Origin: Candidatus Poribacteria bacterium
GTDB lineage: Bacteria > Poribacteria > WGA-4E > PCPOR2b
NCBI GenBank assembly: GCA_965215015.1
Contig: OZ244042.1
Location: 4,320,001 to 4,384,000, forward strand
Reading direction: 5' to 3'
Length of the DNA stretch: 64,000 nt
Shown here: positions 61,234-64,000 of the stretch, piece by piece
Position numbering within the stretch: position 1 is the first letter of the stretch
Layout of the letters: each line of letters opens with the position of its first letter
Notes under the pieces: generated by a model
What the model was told of the DNA's origin: nothing
The model's database searches: none
The model's input: only the letters and a program-made list of their open reading frames with translations
Program-made: the position numbers and the translations under genes

Positions 61234-61365
61234 TTAGATAGGCAGCCGACGGACAATTGCGGGCATCTGCCAGATCAAAATCAGAATTATTGCTAGCAGA
61301 ATAAGATACCATATAACGCGCTTCCATGAACCCCTGCCTTGAACGGGACGATTTGAAAGTTTCAT
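61234..61365 (-). CDS. Candidate 43-aa single-TM small protein (below the ORF-track cutoff)
   Basis: MKLSNRPVQGRGSWKRVIWYLILLAIILILIWQMPAIVRRLPI; AGGAGG 12 nt upstream. Confidence 0.5.
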   Translation of the reverse strand: MKLSNRPVQGRGSWKRVIWYLILLAIILILIWQMPAIVRRLPI

Positions 61366-61413
61366 CTTGTCATTTTACCTCCTGTGAGTTGTTTAGTATG
61401 ATGTAAGCTGCTC

Positions 61414-61655
61414 GTAGTCGGCATACTCCGTATGCCGTAACCTTCGTATGCAGTTGGTTAAGCTGCTTATCTCACCTTAATGGCTGGCGGCGTGAGTCTA
61501 CTAGCCCAATCTCCCCCTAGCGGGGCAATATGTGAATAGCATTGGAGCCATGCACGATAAATCGAGAAAAACAACTCCTAGCACAGCAACCCGTCTAGCT
61601 AGTATTTGTCGAGTGTAGAAATTCGACCTACGAATTTTCTAGCAACTTGAGTTAG
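61414..61655. repeat. REP-containing intergenic repeat block
   Basis: GTAGTCGGCATACTCCGTATGCCGT; ends with CTAGCAACTTGAGTTA as at ~20975-20990. Confidence 0.55.
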
Positions 61656-61686
61656 TACGGTTCTGTCGCGTGAAGCGAAGGTGGTT

Positions 61687-62715
61687 CTATTGGCTTGCCT
61701 CTGCCATTGTGATCCACTCGGTTTTTGGCGTCGTCGGTGTCAGGCGATAATGCAGCTTTACTTCAATTTTTTCTGTGTCACTGAGAGTATACACGAATTC
61801 TCGCGTTTCACCGGGTGATATTCGGTTGGTTTCAGGTTTCTCCGACGTGTCGGAAATGAAAGCTTGTTCATAGCGATTCACCGCCCCATTCGCATCGGAG
61901 ATTTTAACGTCGAGAATAATCGTCCGCAAGACTCCACCCGGAAGGAGATGTCCCGCCTTATTGGTCAGACGAACAGTCGCCTTGCCCTCTGCTCGGACAA
62001 TTTTCAGGTTTGCAGCACTTTTGAGTTTACTAACACTACGGCTGCCTATCCATGTATGCCGCCGGACCGAGACAGTTTCGTAGCTATGGACGCTTAGCGA
62101 CCGTTTGACAGCGGGCATGTGGCAGGTGGCGCAGTTCAACCCCTTTTCCGCAGCGGGACTGTTGTTGAAGCTGGCAACCTGATTGTGTTCAGGCACACTC
62201 GGTTGACCGTGGCAGGTAGCGCAAAGTTCAGTCGGCTTGGCGTGAGCCTCGGAAGTCACGTTCGCATGATACATCGGATTGGTGCTCTCGTGGGGTCCGT
62301 GCATTGCGCCGTGTGCGTCGATATGGCATACGATGCAAGAAACGCCATACTTCCGATCTCCGGCTCGCAGCTTCGGCATTTTGCCGATACCGGTGATTAG
62401 AATCGGTTCGGGGGCATGGCACGGATCGCACTTCTTCTCGCGATCTTCGACCTGACTCGCGGCTTCTTGGTAGATTGGATCCTCCCACGCCTTGGCGTGC
62501 ATCGATCTCTCCCATTCACGCCAGATTGCTGGGTGACACCTCTTGCACATTTTTTTCTGTGTAAAATCTCGGTAAATGTTATCATAGCTAAGATAGCTAG
62601 GCGTGAAGATTGATTCCTCTTCGGTTTCGCCAGCAGCCGCTATCTGTCCACCCGTCCTCGTGAATACAAGGAGCAGAGAAATTAATAAAATTCGTATATT
62701 CAAAGCTGATGTCAT
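61687..62715 (-). CDS. Exported pentaheme c-type cytochrome (c554-like)
   Basis: Signal peptide; five CxxCH motifs (CKRCH, CDPCH, CIVCH, CATCH, CATCH); EWERSMHAKAW. Confidence 0.88.
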   Translation of the reverse strand: MTSALNIRILLISLLLVFTRTGGQIAAAGETEEESIFTPSYLSYDNIYRDFTQKKMCKRCHPAIWREWERSMHAKAWEDPIYQEAASQVEDREKKCDPCHAPEPILITGIGKMPKLRAGDRKYGVSCIVCHIDAHGAMHGPHESTNPMYHANVTSEAHAKPTELCATCHGQPSVPEHNQVASFNNSPAAEKGLNCATCHMPAVKRSLSVHSYETVSVRRHTWIGSRSVSKLKSAANLKIVRAEGKATVRLTNKAGHLLPGGVLRTIILDVKISDANGAVNRYEQAFISDTSEKPETNRISPGETREFVYTLSDTEKIEVKLHYRLTPTTPKTEWITMAEASQ

Positions 62716-62723
62716 TTTAATCT

Positions 62724-63998
62724 TTACTCCAGAAGAAGAGATGCTGCTTGCTCCCCGCTGTTGACACAATCCGGGATGCCGATTCCGCGATAGGCGTTTC
62801 CAGCAAGTGCAAACCCGGGCAGCTTTCTCGCTTGCGTCTCGATTTCTGCCACCAGCTCCAGATGCCCCAGATGGTATTGCGCCATTGCGTTCGGGTGTTT
62901 GTACACGAAAGCCAACTGCGGATCTCCTTTGAGTCCAAGCAATTCGTGCAGCTCCCTAAGAACGGATTCGACTATCTCCGATTCGGAGCGGCGGAAATAC
63001 GTCTCTCCCCTGCTTCCTGCTCCGCCCACATAAGCGCGTAACAGGGCATAGTCCTCTGGCGCACGTCCCGCAAATTTAACGCTGCTGAATGTGCATCCGA
63101 TAATCGAGCGTTCCTCAACGGCGGGTACAACAAAGCCCATTCCGTTGAGAGGGTGTTCAATATCCGATCGGCGGAAAGCAAGGTTCACAATGGCGGAGGA
63201 GGCATAGGGGATAGAGGCGAGGGATTCCGACAGGCTTGGGGCGACCGTTTCGACTAAGTCCGCTGCATGGTGTGCGGGGAGCGCAACGCAGATTAGATCG
63301 CTCTCCATCTGTTTCCCATTCGCTAGATGTATCTGCCATTTCTGCTCCTGATTTCGGTAATCCAGACGACTGACTTTCGTTCCAAGCTGTATGCAATTAT
63401 CAGGCAAACGCTCGGCGAGAGTATCGGTCAGGGTTTGCATCCCAGATTTGAAAGAGAGGAACATGCCATAGCGAGGACCGCTTGTGCCGCTAGCCCCACC
63501 TTGGGATTCTTTTTTTCGTGCAACCAAGGCTTTGATTATGCTGCGATGCTTCTTCTCCATCTCAAGGAATTGCGGCATCGTAGCTTTGAGGCTTAGATTT
63601 TTCCCATCTGCGGTGTAGATGCCCCCTATCATCGGCTGTGCTATCCGTGTGAACGCTTCCTTTCCCAATCGACGCGTGATAAAACCTTCCAGTGATTCAT
63701 CTTCATCGTTTCGTCGGCGGGGTATGACCCAATCTAACCCCATCCGCAGTTTTCCGTGCCAACTGAAGATTGGCGTCTTTACAAAGGGTAAGAAAGAAGC
63801 GGGGGCCATCAGGTAGAAGCCATCGGGAACAGGATACAGTTTTCCTTTGCACAGGACGAAGCTGCGTCGTTCCCTCTGATTGGTGCTAAGAAACTGATCG
63901 GCGATGCCCAACTCTTCAGACAGGGCTTTTGCCCACGGCTTTGTGGAAAGGAAAACGTCGGGACCGTGTTCGATAACAAAACCGTCCTGCTTTGATGT
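62724..63998 (-). CDS. hemG: Protoporphyrinogen/coproporphyrinogen oxidase (HemY-type), 5' truncated by the window edge
   Basis: Frame open to the edge (DGFVIEHGPDVF); DESL..F..RRLG, GIY, KFAGRAP and GNAYRGIGIPDCV motifs. Confidence 0.92.
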   Translation of the reverse strand, partial: TSKQDGFVIEHGPDVFLSTKPWAKALSEELGIADQFLSTNQRERRSFVLCKGKLYPVPDGFYLMAPASFLPFVKTPIFSWHGKLRMGLDWVIPRRRNDEDESLEGFITRRLGKEAFTRIAQPMIGGIYTADGKNLSLKATMPQFLEMEKKHRSIIKALVARKKESQGGASGTSGPRYGMFLSFKSGMQTLTDTLAERLPDNCIQLGTKVSRLDYRNQEQKWQIHLANGKQMESDLICVALPAHHAADLVETVAPSLSESLASIPYASSAIVNLAFRRSDIEHPLNGMGFVVPAVEERSIIGCTFSSVKFAGRAPEDYALLRAYVGGAGSRGETYFRRSESEIVESVLRELHELLGLKGDPQLAFVYKHPNAMAQYHLGHLELVAEIETQARKLPGFALAGNAYRGIGIPDCVNSGEQAASLLLE

Positions 63999-64000
63999 GT

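Noticed and set aside
1-64000. CRISPR array
   Set aside because: Repeats are dispersed and palindromic, none is regularly interspaced, and no cas genes are present

Overview
A 64 kb bacterial chromosomal window, about 50% GC by eye. It is most likely from Candidatus Poribacteria. That is an inference from the DUF6785-type membrane protein, several sugar isomerase, sulfatase and PhyH genes, a WD40 relic with the typical secreted-protein C-terminal domain, and repeat-rich intergenic DNA. Most of it is housekeeping and catabolic genes: pncB, folB, a KamA-family enzyme, argD, rsgA, ispE-tRNA-Gln-rplY...pth, leuC, thiO-thiS-thiG, rpsA, metK-ahcY-kinase, sat, modABC and hemG/hemY. No CRISPR array, rRNA or intact transposase is visible. 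The best leads are: (1) a ~350-nt structured non-coding region with competing pairings and terminator-like hairpins upstream of metK-ahcY; (2) a tandem pair of paralogous ~580-aa Rieske + helical proteins with two extra conserved cysteines, divergent from sat; (3) a YhdJ-type DNA methyltransferase inside the thiamine operon, followed by a SEL1 relic, a TIGR02391 gene and an HNH-SEL1 fusion; (4) several MITE-like families carrying variable REP-like cargo; (5) active-site variants, namely a Thr-type sulfatase and a PTPS-III-like QueD homologue alongside a canonical FolB; and (6) a decayed IS605/tnpB relic. All family calls come from motif recognition by eye, not database searches.
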